Assembly (NCBI GenBank): GCA_024235935.1
Contig: JACKLL010000016.1
Location: 9,436 to 73,435, forward strand
Source of the DNA: Rhodoferax sp.
Lineage (GTDB): Bacteria; Pseudomonadota; Gammaproteobacteria; Burkholderiales; Burkholderiaceae_C
Length of the DNA stretch: 64,000 nt
Direction: 5' to 3'
Below are positions 49,398 to 59,010 of this stretch, piece by piece (the first letter of the stretch is position 1; each line of letters opens with the position of its first letter). A program made the translations under genes and the position numbers. The notes below the pieces were generated by a model that was not told the DNA's origin, ran no database searches, and was given only the letters and a program-made list of their open reading frames with translations.

Positions 49398-50354
49398 ATG
49401 GACAAGTTCAAGCAGCTCGAATCCTTCGTGTCGATCGCCACCCGCGGCAGCCTGACCGCTGCCGCGCAGGCCGAGGGTGTGGCGCCAGCCATCATGGGGC
49501 GTCGCCTGGATGCGCTGGAGGAGCGACTGGGCGTGAAGCTGCTGCAGCGCACCACGCGGCGCATCACGCTTACGCACGAGGGTAGCGCCTTTCTCGAGGA
49601 TTGCCAGCGCGTGCTCGCCGACGTGGCCAATGCCGAGGCCAGCGTATCTGCCGGCGGTGTCAAGGCCAGCGGGCATCTGCGCATCACGGCACCGGCCGGT
49701 TTCGGCCGCCGCCACGTGGCGCCGCTGGTGCCGCGGTTTCGGTCGCACCATGGCGACGTGACGATCTCGCTCAATCTGAGCGACCGGGTTATCGATATTG
49801 GTGCGGAGGGATTCGACTGCGCGGTACGCGTCGGCGATCTGCCGGACTCCTCGCTGGTCAGCGTGCGCCTGGCCGACAACCGGCGCCTGTGTGTGGCCGC
49901 GCCACGCTATCTGCAGCAGCACGGCACGCCGGCCCATCCGTCCGAGTTGTCGCGTTTCGATTGCCTGGTGCTGTCCAGCGATGCGTCACAGACCCGGGGC
50001 TGGGCATTCCAGGTGCCGGCCGAACCGGGCCGGGGCGGCGCCGGTGGGGCACTGGCGCCGACCGCAGGCACGACCGTGCTGCATGTGCGGCCGGGCGGCC
50101 CGCTCGACTGCTCGGACGGGCAGGTCCTGCATGCATGGTGCCTGGCAGGCCTGGGGATCGCCTGGCGCAGCAGCTGGGAGGTCGAGGCCGAGGTGGCGGC
50201 CGGCACGCTGGTGCCGGTGCTCGAGCAGTTTGCCGGCCCGCCCAATGGCATCTTTGCGGTGTTTCCACAGCGCAAGCACCTGCCGCTGCGGGTGCGGCTA
50301 TGGATCGATTTCCTCAAGCACCACTACGCGCAGCCGGGTTTCTGGACCTCCTGA
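49398..50354 (+). CDS. LysR family regulator (CrgA-like)
   Basis: LEERLGVKLLQRTTR, ITAPAGFGR, EGFDCAVR, RVRLWIDFL. Confidence 0.92.
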   Translation: MDKFKQLESFVSIATRGSLTAAAQAEGVAPAIMGRRLDALEERLGVKLLQRTTRRITLTHEGSAFLEDCQRVLADVANAEASVSAGGVKASGHLRITAPAGFGRRHVAPLVPRFRSHHGDVTISLNLSDRVIDIGAEGFDCAVRVGDLPDSSLVSVRLADNRRLCVAAPRYLQQHGTPAHPSELSRFDCLVLSSDASQTRGWAFQVPAEPGRGGAGGALAPTAGTTVLHVRPGGPLDCSDGQVLHAWCLAGLGIAWRSSWEVEAEVAAGTLVPVLEQFAGPPNGIFAVFPQRKHLPLRVRLWIDFLKHHYAQPGFWTS

Positions 50355-50382
50355 AGCCCGGCTGCAGCCGGCGCCTGGCAGC

Positions 50383-50670
50383 TCAGGCGGGCTTTTTCTT
50401 CAGGCACTCGCTCATGAATGCCTTGCGCTCGTCGCCCTTCTTGTCGCCGGCGTCGGCATTGCAGGTCTTCATCTTGCTTTGCTGCGTCACCGGCTTGGCG
50501 CTCAGGCAGGACTTCATGAAAGCCTTGCGCTCGTCGCCTTTCTTGTCGCCGGCTTCGGCGTTGCAGGTCGTCATCTTGTTCTGTTGCGGCGTCTTGGCCT
50601 TGTCTTCGGCATGGGCGACACCCAGCGACAGCGACAGACCGATGGCCAGCAGGGAGAGCAGCTTCTTCAT
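50383..50670 (-). CDS. psiF: PsiF repeat protein
   Basis: Signal peptide plus two QQxKMxTCN..KGDERKAFMxxCL repeats. Confidence 0.9.
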   Translation of the reverse strand: MKKLLSLLAIGLSLSLGVAHAEDKAKTPQQNKMTTCNAEAGDKKGDERKAFMKSCLSAKPVTQQSKMKTCNADAGDKKGDERKAFMSECLKKKPA

Positions 50671-50853
50671 GAGGGTTTCCTTGGGTTCAGTGGGGTGTGG
50701 CATGCCCGTTGCCGGGCCGCTGTTCAACGCCTGTGAACACGGCCCGGATGACAGCGGTGGCGAAATTTAACCGAAATTGCCGCTTTTGCCGTGACCTGGG
50801 TCCGCGCAAATGTAAAGAACCTGCGCTGCGGCGCTTCCCTAGAATCGAGGGCT

Positions 50854-52527
50854 ATGCTCAAGATCAAACAGGAATTGCTGGACGGGTTGGCCGGTGTATT
50901 GGCGGACCTGGCGCCCGACCAGCCGGTGCGCGCCGTATTTGAATCCCCCAAGGTGGCTGCCCACGGCGACTTCGCGTCCACGGCGGCCATGCAGCTGGCC
51001 AAACCGCTCAAGCGCAACCCGCGCCAGCTGGCCGAACAGCTGCGCGACCAGTTGCTGGAACTGCCGGTCTACCGGCAATGGGTGTCCGACATCGACATCG
51101 CCGGCCCCGGCTTCATCAATATCCGTCTCAAGCCGGCTGCCAAGCAGCAGGTGGTGCGCGAGGTGCTGACCGAAGCCCAGGCTTTCGGTGTGCTGCCGCC
51201 CAACGGCCAGCGTCTGATGGTGGAGTTCGTGTCGGCCAATCCGACCGGCCCGCTGCATGTCGGCCATGGCCGGCAGGCGGCGCTGGGAGATGCGATCTGC
51301 AACCTCGCCGCCACCCAGGGCTGGGATGTCTACCGCGAGTTCTACTACAACGACGCCGGTGTGCAGATCGCCACGCTGGCCAACAGCACGCAATTGCGTG
51401 CCCGGGGCATCAAGCCGGGCGATGCCGAATGGCCCGAAGCCGCCTACAACGGTGACTACATTGCCGATATCGCTGCCGACTTCCTGGCGCGCAAGACGGT
51501 GCATGCGGACGACCGCGAGGTCACGGCCAGCGGCGACGTGTCGGACCTCGACGCGATCCGGGAATTCGCCGTCGCCTACCTGCGCCATGAGCAGGACCTG
51601 GACCTGCAGGCGTTTGCGGTGCGGTTCGACAACTTCTACCTGGAATCGAGCCTGTACAGCGACGGCAAGGTCGCGCAGACGGTGCAGCGGCTGCAGGATG
51701 CCGGCAAGACCTATGAGAAAGACGGCGCCCTGTGGTTGCGGTCGACCGACTACGGCGACGACAAGGACCGGGTGATGCGCAAGGGCGACGGCAGCTACAC
51801 CTACTTCGTGCCCGACGTGGCCTACCACATCAGCAAGTGGGAGCGCGGCTTCACGCGCGTCGTCAACATCCAGGGCACCGACCACCACGGCACCATCGCA
51901 CGGGTGCGGGCCGGGTTGCAGGCCGCGGGCGTTGGCATTCCGCCCGGATACCCGGACTACGTGCTGCACACCATGGTGCGGGTCATGCGCGGGGGAGTCG
52001 AGGTCAAGATCTCCAAGCGCTCGGGCAGCTATGTCACGCTGCGCGACCTGATCGAGTGGACCAGCAAGGACGCGGTGCGTTTCTTCCTGCTCAGCCGCAA
52101 ACCCGACACCGAATACGTGTTCGATGTCGATCTGGCGCTGGCGCAGAACAACGACAACCCGGTGTACTACGTCCAGTATGCGCATGCGCGCATCTGCTCG
52201 GTGCTGGCCGCCTGGGGCGGTGATGTCGACACATTGGGCGCGGTTGACCTGGGCGCCCTCGAGAGCGACGCGGCGATGGGCCTGATGCTCACGCTGGCGC
52301 GCTACCCGGACATGCTGGCCGCGGCAGCGCGCGACTTCGCGCCGCACGACGTGACCTTCTATCTGCGCGAACTGGCCGCGGCCTACCACAGCTACTACGA
52401 TGCCGAGCGTATCCTGGTCGACGAGGCGCCGGTGCGGCTGGCCCGGCTGGCCCTGGTCGCCGCGACGGCACAGGTGCTGCGCAACGGACTTGCCTTGCTC
52501 GGCGTCGATGCGCCGCGCAAGATGTGA
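50854..52527 (+). CDS. argS: Arginine--tRNA ligase
   Basis: [37 protein letters not shown]. Confidence 0.97.
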   Translation: MLKIKQELLDGLAGVLADLAPDQPVRAVFESPKVAAHGDFASTAAMQLAKPLKRNPRQLAEQLRDQLLELPVYRQWVSDIDIAGPGFINIRLKPAAKQQVVREVLTEAQAFGVLPPNGQRLMVEFVSANPTGPLHVGHGRQAALGDAICNLAATQGWDVYREFYYNDAGVQIATLANSTQLRARGIKPGDAEWPEAAYNGDYIADIAADFLARKTVHADDREVTASGDVSDLDAIREFAVAYLRHEQDLDLQAFAVRFDNFYLESSLYSDGKVAQTVQRLQDAGKTYEKDGALWLRSTDYGDDKDRVMRKGDGSYTYFVPDVAYHISKWERGFTRVVNIQGTDHHGTIARVRAGLQAAGVGIPPGYPDYVLHTMVRVMRGGVEVKISKRSGSYVTLRDLIEWTSKDAVRFFLLSRKPDTEYVFDVDLALAQNNDNPVYYVQYAHARICSVLAAWGGDVDTLGAVDLGALESDAAMGLMLTLARYPDMLAAAARDFAPHDVTFYLRELAAAYHSYYDAERILVDEAPVRLARLALVAATAQVLRNGLALLGVDAPRKM

Positions 52528-52566
52528 ACAGGAACAATCGATGCAATCAACAGGCAAGGAAGCGGC

Positions 52567-53205
52567 ATGAAGCAACAACGTGGCGGGACGATATTGGGTC
52601 TGATCATCGGGATGGTGATCGGGCTGGGCGTGGCCCTGGCGGTGGCGGTCTATGTCAACAAGGTGCCGGTGCCGTTCCTGAACAAGGGACCGAGCCGCTC
52701 GATGGATCAGGACGCAGCCGAGCAGCGCCGCAACAAGGACTGGGATCCGAACGCACCGCTGTATGGCAAGAACCCGGCCGGTGCGCCGGCCCCTGTGGCG
52801 CCGCAGGTTCCGGCCTCGGGCGACACCTCGGGATACAAGGGTGTGCCGCCTGCCGTCGCCGGCATTCCGACGCCGGCGCCGGCAGCCAAGCCTGGCGCAG
52901 GTACTCCATCGGCCGATCCGCTGGGCGACCTCGCCCGTGCGCGTTCCGCCGCGCCAGCCGGCGTGGACCCGTTCACGTATTTCGTTCAGGTTGGCGCCTA
53001 CCGCACGGCCGTGGATGCCGAGAGCCAGCGTGCGCGCCTGTCGCTCGGTGGTGTCGAGGCCCGGGTGTCGGAGCGCGAGCAGTCGGGGCGGACCGTGTAC
53101 CGTGTGCGCGTCGGACCTTTCGACAAGCGCGAGGATGCCGACCTGACCAAGCAGAAACTCGAAGGCCTTGGCATGGAAGCGGCACTGGTGCGGGTTCAGC
53201 GTTGA
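52567..53205 (+). CDS. SPOR domain cell-division protein (FtsN-like)
   Basis: N-terminal TM segment, Pro/Ala linker, VQVGAY..YRVRVGPF. Confidence 0.88.
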   Translation: MKQQRGGTILGLIIGMVIGLGVALAVAVYVNKVPVPFLNKGPSRSMDQDAAEQRRNKDWDPNAPLYGKNPAGAPAPVAPQVPASGDTSGYKGVPPAVAGIPTPAPAAKPGAGTPSADPLGDLARARSAAPAGVDPFTYFVQVGAYRTAVDAESQRARLSLGGVEARVSEREQSGRTVYRVRVGPFDKREDADLTKQKLEGLGMEAALVRVQR

Positions 53206-53293
53206 ACTTTTGCGTCGCCATGCCGTCCGACCGCCATGCCTGCAATCTGCCCGCCACCGTATGGCTATGCGGGCTTCCATCGAGAGAGTTCCC

Positions 53294-53944
53294 ATGAAAC
53301 GTCGTGATTTTTCGGCGGCCGTGCTGGCCACAGCCACCGCCGCATCGGTCCCCTGGTCATCGGCCCAGGCACAGATCCGCAAACCGCAGGCCGGGCGGGA
53401 ATACCTTCAGCTGGACCAGCGGGTGCCGGTCGTGGCGCCGGCCGGATCGATCGAAGTGGTCGACTTCTTCTGGTACAGCTGCCCGCACTGCAATGCCTTC
53501 GAGCCCTCGCTCCAGGCCTGGCAGAAGCGCCTGCCGGCCGATGTCTCGCTGCGCCGCATGCCGGTCGGCTTCCGCGATGAGTTCGTGCCCCAGCAGCGCC
53601 TGTTCTTCTCCTTGCAGGCCATGGGCCTGATCGACAGGATGCACGCCAAGGTGTTCGCCGCCATCCATGACGAGCATCTGGATCTCACGCGCGGCAAGCC
53701 GATTGCCGAGTGGGTGGGCAAGCAAGGGGTCGACAGTGCGAAATTCGCGGCGCTCTATGACTCGGCCGAGGTGGGCGAGAAGGTGCGCCAGGCCACGGCG
53801 CTGCAGGACGCCTATCGGGTGGCCGGTGTCCCTGCGCTGGGGGTGGCCGGGCGCTTTTACACCGATGGTGAGATCGCCGGCTCGATGGCGCGCGTGTTGC
53901 AGGTGGTCGACTACCTGGTGGCCGACGTCCGCGCTGGCAAATAG
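53294..53944 (+). CDS. dsbA: Thiol:disulfide interchange protein DsbA
   Basis: FFWYSCPHC active site and GVP cis-Pro loop. Confidence 0.92.
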   Translation: MKRRDFSAAVLATATAASVPWSSAQAQIRKPQAGREYLQLDQRVPVVAPAGSIEVVDFFWYSCPHCNAFEPSLQAWQKRLPADVSLRRMPVGFRDEFVPQQRLFFSLQAMGLIDRMHAKVFAAIHDEHLDLTRGKPIAEWVGKQGVDSAKFAALYDSAEVGEKVRQATALQDAYRVAGVPALGVAGRFYTDGEIAGSMARVLQVVDYLVADVRAGK

Positions 53945-54115
53945 GCTGCCGCAACCCGTCGCTGCCCGGCGGGGTGGCTCTCTTTGCTGGCGCGGCCATG
54001 GTGGGCCGGAACCCCTGGCAGTCTCGGGGCGATGTTTTCGCCACAGTACTTGCGGTAGCTGCCAACCCCGGGGCTACAATGAAACGGCAGGGTTGACTGC
54101 AAGTTTCGTGCCTTT

Positions 54116-54763
54116 ATGAAGTTTTCTTCCATTTCTCACACATTGTTGCTGGTCGCCCTGATGCAGGGAGGCTTGGCCATGGCGGAGCGTGCCGACCGCG
54201 AAAAGCCGATGAACATCGAGTCGGACGCACTGCGTTACGACGACGTCAAGCAGGTCAGCGTTTTCACCGGCAAGGTGGTGCTGACCAAGGGCACGATGCT
54301 GATCCGCGGCGCGCGTCTGGACGTGAGCCAGGACGCCGAAGGCAACCAGTTCGGTGTCGTCACGGCAGAGCCTGGCAAGCGCGCGTTTTTCCGGCAAAAG
54401 CGTGACACACGTGCCGACGGTCCGGACGAATTCATGGAGGGTGAGGCGGAGCTGATCGAGTACGACGGCAAGGCCGACACCGTGAAGTTCTCGCGCCGCG
54501 CCATCCTGCGTCGTTACATCGGTGCCACGCTCAATGACGAGATCACCGGCCAGGTGATCGTGTACGACAACACCACAAGCGTGATGACGGTTGACGGCGG
54601 GCCCGCGGCGGCGGGCGCCACCGGTGGCAGCGGTCGGGTGCGTGCGGTGCTGACACCGCGCAACGACGATACGCGCAGCGGCACGGCGTCGCCCAAGTCC
54701 CCTGCGCCGGCGCCGACGGCGCCTTTGCGCAAGTCGTCGACCCTGGGGGGCGAGAAGAAGTGA
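54116..54763 (+). CDS. lptA: LPS transport periplasmic protein LptA
   Basis: [29 protein letters not shown]; directly upstream of lptB. Confidence 0.9.
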   Translation: MKFSSISHTLLLVALMQGGLAMAERADREKPMNIESDALRYDDVKQVSVFTGKVVLTKGTMLIRGARLDVSQDAEGNQFGVVTAEPGKRAFFRQKRDTRADGPDEFMEGEAELIEYDGKADTVKFSRRAILRRYIGATLNDEITGQVIVYDNTTSVMTVDGGPAAAGATGGSGRVRAVLTPRNDDTRSGTASPKSPAPAPTAPLRKSSTLGGEKK

Positions 54764-55575
54764 CGGACGCCGCGACAGGCACCACGGCGAGCCCGCAGGC
54801 CGACGTGGCGCAGGAGGCGGGTGCGCCTGTCGCTCAGGTGCGGCTGGAAGCACGGCACCTGCAGAAGTCGTACGGCAGCCGCATGGTCGTCAAGGACATC
54901 TCGCTCTCAGTGGGCGAGGGCGAGGTGGTCGGCCTGCTGGGCCCCAATGGCGCCGGCAAGACAACATCGTTCTACATTCTGGTCGGCCTGGTGCGTCCCA
55001 GTGCCGGCGAGATCACGATCGACGGCAAGTCGGTGACCCATCTGCCGATCCACCGGCGTGCACGGCTGGGGCTGAGCTACCTGCCGCAGGAAGCCTCGAT
55101 CTTTCGCAAGCTCAATGTCGAGGACAACGTGCGTGCCGTGCTCGAGCTGCAGATCGACGCGTCGGGCAAGCCCTTGACACCCGAGCTGGTCGAGGAGCGA
55201 CTGAGTGCGCTGCTGCAGGATCTGCGGGTTGAGCACCTGCGCAGGTCGCCGGCACTGGCCCTGTCGGGTGGCGAGCGGCGCCGGGTCGAGATTGCCCGGG
55301 CACTGGCGACCCAGCCGCGCTTCATCCTGCTGGACGAACCGTTCGCCGGCATCGACCCGATCGCCGTGATCGAGATCCAGCGCATTGTCAGCTTCCTGAA
55401 GTCGCGTGGCATCGGTGTGCTGATCACCGACCACAACGTGCGCGAAACGCTGGGCATCTGCGACCATGCCTACATCATCAGTGACGGCAGCGTGCTGGCA
55501 CAGGGAACGCCGGACCAGATCGTCGACAACGCCGATGTGCGCCGGGTTTACCTGGGCGAGCACTTCAGAATGTAG
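54760..55575 (+). CDS. lptB: LPS export ABC ATPase LptB
   Basis: [48 protein letters not shown]. Confidence 0.96.
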   Translation: MTDAATGTTASPQADVAQEAGAPVAQVRLEARHLQKSYGSRMVVKDISLSVGEGEVVGLLGPNGAGKTTSFYILVGLVRPSAGEITIDGKSVTHLPIHRRARLGLSYLPQEASIFRKLNVEDNVRAVLELQIDASGKPLTPELVEERLSALLQDLRVEHLRRSPALALSGGERRRVEIARALATQPRFILLDEPFAGIDPIAVIEIQRIVSFLKSRGIGVLITDHNVRETLGICDHAYIISDGSVLAQGTPDQIVDNADVRRVYLGEHFRM

Positions 55576-57168
55576 ATGAAGCCAGGTCTTTCACTCCGCA
55601 TTTCGCAGCATCTGGCGCTGACGCCACAGCTGCAGCAGTCGATCCGGCTGTTGCAGCTCTCCACGCTCGAGCTGAGCCAGGAAGTCAACCAGATGCTGGA
55701 CGACAACCCGTTTCTGGAGTTGTCGGACGAGGTTCCGGCGCGCGAGGAGTTCGGGCTCGACAGCAGCGACACGCCGGTTCCGCAGAGCGAGCGTGAGGCC
55801 GAGCTGGCGCCAGCCAGTGCCATCCAGGAATACGTGTCGGTGCCCGATACGCCGTCGAGCGACGACAGCGCCACGCCCTTGTCGGCCGATGACGGCCAGA
55901 GCTGGGAAGGCGACGGCTCGCAGGAGATGGCTGCCGACGACGGAGAGTGGGGCGGCGACGCCAAGGCCCACGGCAACAACCTGGGTACCGAAGATGACGT
56001 CGATGCGGGGGAACTGGCCCGCACGCAGGAAACCTTGCAGGACCACCTGCATGCGCAGGCGCTGGCGACGCGCCTGAGCGACGCGGACCGTCTCGCGTTG
56101 CGCTTCCTGATCGAATCTCTGAACGACGACGGCTATCTGGAAGATCCGCTGGAGGAGCTCGCAGCCGCGCTGTCCCCGGCCGATGATGAGGAGATGGAGC
56201 AACTGCAGCACCATTTCCGGGTCGCCCTGAGCACCTTGAAGGGCTTCGATCCGGTGGGTGTGGGAGCCAGCGACCTCGGCGAATGCCTGCGACTGCAACT
56301 GCGTGCGATGCAGCGTGCAGGCGGCCATGACGCGGCACACCAGGAGCTGCTGGCCGTTGCCGTGCGAATCTGCTCGCACCCGATGGACCTGCTGGCGCGG
56401 CGCGACGTGCGGCGTCTGTCGCAGGTGTGCAGTGCCAGCGATACGTCGATCAAGGAAGCCATTGCGCTGATCGCACGGCTGGAGCCCAAGCCGGGCCGGC
56501 GTTTCGTCAACGTCGAGCGCAACATCGTCATCCCCGACGTGCTCGTGGTACAGGTCGGCAAGGGGGCGCAGGTGAAGTTCCGCGCCCAGATCAATCCCCA
56601 GGTGATGCCCAAGCTGCGGGTGCACGACATCTATGCCAACGCGCTGCGCCAGCATCGCGGCAACGGCAGCGACGCGTCCAACTACGCAGCGCTGCAGCAG
56701 CGGCTGCAGGAGGCGCGCTGGTTCATCAAGAACATCCAGCAGCGGTTCGACACCATCCTGCGCGTGAGCTCGGCCATCGTCGAGCGGCAGAAAAACTTCT
56801 TCCTGCACGGCGTGCTGGCGATGCGTCCGTTGGTGCTGCGCGAGATCGCCGACGAGCTGGGGCTGCACGAGTCCACGATCAGCCGGGTGACGACCGCCAA
56901 GTACATGGCCACCCCGCTGGGGACCTTCGAGCTCAAGTATTTCTTCGGCTCGTCGCTGGGGACCGAAACCGGTGGCAATGCCTCCAGTACCGCCGTGCGC
57001 GCTCTGATCAAGCAGTTCATCGATGCCGAATCGGCCAAGAAGCCGCTGAGCGACAACCAGCTGTCGGAAATGCTGAAGGAGCAGGGCATTACCTGCGCCC
57101 GGCGGACCGTCGCCAAATACCGCGAAGGCCTGCGGATCGCACCGGCCAATCTGCGCCGCGCCTTATGA
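55576..57168 (+). CDS. rpoN: RNA polymerase sigma-54 factor
   Basis: LTPQLQQSIRLLQL, HESTISR, RpoN box ARRTVAKYRE. Confidence 0.97.
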   Translation: MKPGLSLRISQHLALTPQLQQSIRLLQLSTLELSQEVNQMLDDNPFLELSDEVPAREEFGLDSSDTPVPQSEREAELAPASAIQEYVSVPDTPSSDDSATPLSADDGQSWEGDGSQEMAADDGEWGGDAKAHGNNLGTEDDVDAGELARTQETLQDHLHAQALATRLSDADRLALRFLIESLNDDGYLEDPLEELAAALSPADDEEMEQLQHHFRVALSTLKGFDPVGVGASDLGECLRLQLRAMQRAGGHDAAHQELLAVAVRICSHPMDLLARRDVRRLSQVCSASDTSIKEAIALIARLEPKPGRRFVNVERNIVIPDVLVVQVGKGAQVKFRAQINPQVMPKLRVHDIYANALRQHRGNGSDASNYAALQQRLQEARWFIKNIQQRFDTILRVSSAIVERQKNFFLHGVLAMRPLVLREIADELGLHESTISRVTTAKYMATPLGTFELKYFFGSSLGTETGGNASSTAVRALIKQFIDAESAKKPLSDNQLSEMLKEQGITCARRTVAKYREGLRIAPANLRRAL

Positions 57169-57274
57169 GGCCGCCAGTCTTCGTTTGCGGCGTGCGGTGT
57201 TCGGCGGTTTTCGCGTGCATCCGATCTGCGCCTCTCCTGACCCCCTTGAAACCCTTGCGCAACCGGATGACGCC

Positions 57275-58570
57275 GTGAACCAGCTCCAGCTTTTCCTGCC
57301 CTGCGCCGCCGGCGTCGAGGACTACCTCGCTGGCGAGGTTGCGCGTATCACGGGACAGCCACTGGCGCAGGTGCAGAAATGGCGTGCTGGCGTGCTGCTG
57401 CAGGGCTCCTGGCGCGACGCCATGCTGCTCAATCTGCACAGCCGCCTGGCCCAGCGCGTGCTGGTGCAACTGTTCCAGGCCGACTACCGCAACGAGCAGG
57501 ACCTGTACCGGGCAGCCAGCGAGGTGGCCTGGGAGATCTGGTTCACGCCCCGCCAGAGCATCAAGGTCGAGGTCACGGCCCAGCACAGCCCGCTCAACAG
57601 CCTGAACTTTGCTGCGCTGAAAATCAAGGATGCGGTCTGCGACCGCTTCCGCGCCAAGGCCGGCGGCATCCGGCCGGACGTGAACACCCAGTGGCCGGAC
57701 GTGCGCATCTATGCCCATCTGACCACGGACACGGTGTCGCTGTATATCGACACCTCGGGCGATGCGCTGTTCAAGCGCGGCTGGCGCGAGGACAAGGGCG
57801 AGGCGCCGCTGAAGGAAACGCTGGCCGCTGCCATGCTGGCTGCCAGCGGCTGGATGGATACGCCGGACATGCCGCTGTACGACCCGTGCTGCGGCAGCGG
57901 CACCATCGCGATCGAGGCGGCGCAGATCGCCTGCCGCATCGCGCCCGGTTCGCTGCGCCGCTTCGCCTTCGAGAAGATGCTGCCGTTCCAGTCCCATGTC
58001 TGGGACACCTTGCTGAACGACGCCCACCGCGCCCAGCGCCTGCCGGCGCCGGGCGAACGCCCGCACGTGTTCGGCAGCGACGTGGCCCACCGCATGGTCG
58101 ATTTCGCGCAGCGCAATGCACAGCGGGCGGGCGTGGCTGGTGCGGTCGAGTTCCGGGGGGGTGACGCCTTGCAGCGGATGCCGCCCTGCGATCCGCCCGG
58201 CGTCATGCTGGTCAATCCACCGTATGGCACGCGGATCGAGACCGCCGGTTTTGCCGGTGCCCGCCATGCGCAGGGCGCGCCGTCAGGGCCTGCGGATGCG
58301 CCCGCCGCCGCACCGGCCGGGCGCGAACAGGCGCATACCGACGACGGCGGCGAGTTCTTCGTGCAACTGGCCGCGCACTGGAAAAAGAACTACGCCGGCT
58401 GGACCGCCTGGCTTCTGACGCCAGACGTGAAGCTGCCCGGCAAGATGCGCCTGAAGGCGACCCGCCGCGTACCGATGTGGAATGGTCCGATCGAATGCCG
58501 GATGTTCCGCTTCGACATGGTTGAAGGCTCGGCACGCGCGCCCAGGGCCGACGAGGGCCGCGGCGGATGA
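57275..58570 (+). CDS. rlmL: THUMP-domain class I RNA methyltransferase (stand-alone RlmL-like)
   Basis: LFKRGWR, APLKETLAAAM, DPCCGSGT, NPPYG, NGPIECR; GTG start inferred. Confidence 0.8.
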   Translation: MNQLQLFLPCAAGVEDYLAGEVARITGQPLAQVQKWRAGVLLQGSWRDAMLLNLHSRLAQRVLVQLFQADYRNEQDLYRAASEVAWEIWFTPRQSIKVEVTAQHSPLNSLNFAALKIKDAVCDRFRAKAGGIRPDVNTQWPDVRIYAHLTTDTVSLYIDTSGDALFKRGWREDKGEAPLKETLAAAMLAASGWMDTPDMPLYDPCCGSGTIAIEAAQIACRIAPGSLRRFAFEKMLPFQSHVWDTLLNDAHRAQRLPAPGERPHVFGSDVAHRMVDFAQRNAQRAGVAGAVEFRGGDALQRMPPCDPPGVMLVNPPYGTRIETAGFAGARHAQGAPSGPADAPAAAPAGREQAHTDDGGEFFVQLAAHWKKNYAGWTAWLLTPDVKLPGKMRLKATRRVPMWNGPIECRMFRFDMVEGSARAPRADEGRGG

Positions 58571-59010
58571 CTGGCGCCGCGGCGCCGGCGGCGGGCCGTG
58601 CGCTGGTGCTGGACACCAACATCGTTCTCGATCTGCTGGTTTTTCGCGATCCGTCGACGCTGGCGCTGGCCGACGCGCTGTCGCGCGGCGAATGGGTGTG
58701 GCATGCGACGCCGGCGATGCGCGAGGAGTTGCACCGGGTGCTGGGCTATCCGGCCTTGCAGAGCTGGATCGCTCGGACGGCCGGCGATGCCGCCCAGGTG
58801 ATGCAGCAGTTCGACCGGCTGAGCCAGGTGCATCCGGATGTGGCCACGGGCGCGCCGCGTTGCCGCGATCCGGACGACCAGAAGTTCATCGATCTGGCGC
58901 TGGCCTTGACGGCCCGGCTGCTGAGCAAGGACCAGGCGGTGCTGCGGCTGCGCCGGGCGCTGGCTGCGCGCGGCGTGGTGGTGGCGACCTGCTTCAGCCC
59001 TGCAGCATGA
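58567..59010 (+). CDS. PIN domain protein
   Basis: VLDTNIVLD, CRDPDDQKFIDLA, LLSKD. Confidence 0.85.
   Translation: MTGAAAPAAGRALVLDTNIVLDLLVFRDPSTLALADALSRGEWVWHATPAMREELHRVLGYPALQSWIARTAGDAAQVMQQFDRLSQVHPDVATGAPRCRDPDDQKFIDLALALTARLLSKDQAVLRLRRALAARGVVVATCFSPAA

Noticed and set aside
50413-50580. Direct repeat of about 64 bp with a 102-bp period
   Set aside because: Fully explained by the two PsiF protein repeats.
50839-53382. Very long antisense or alternate-frame ORFs (also 6567-8231, 16429-18696, 32130-34412, 36379-38757, 45703-48066, 47673-49937)
   Set aside because: Typical high-GC shadow ORFs opposite well-supported genes; Arg/His/Ala-rich with no motifs.
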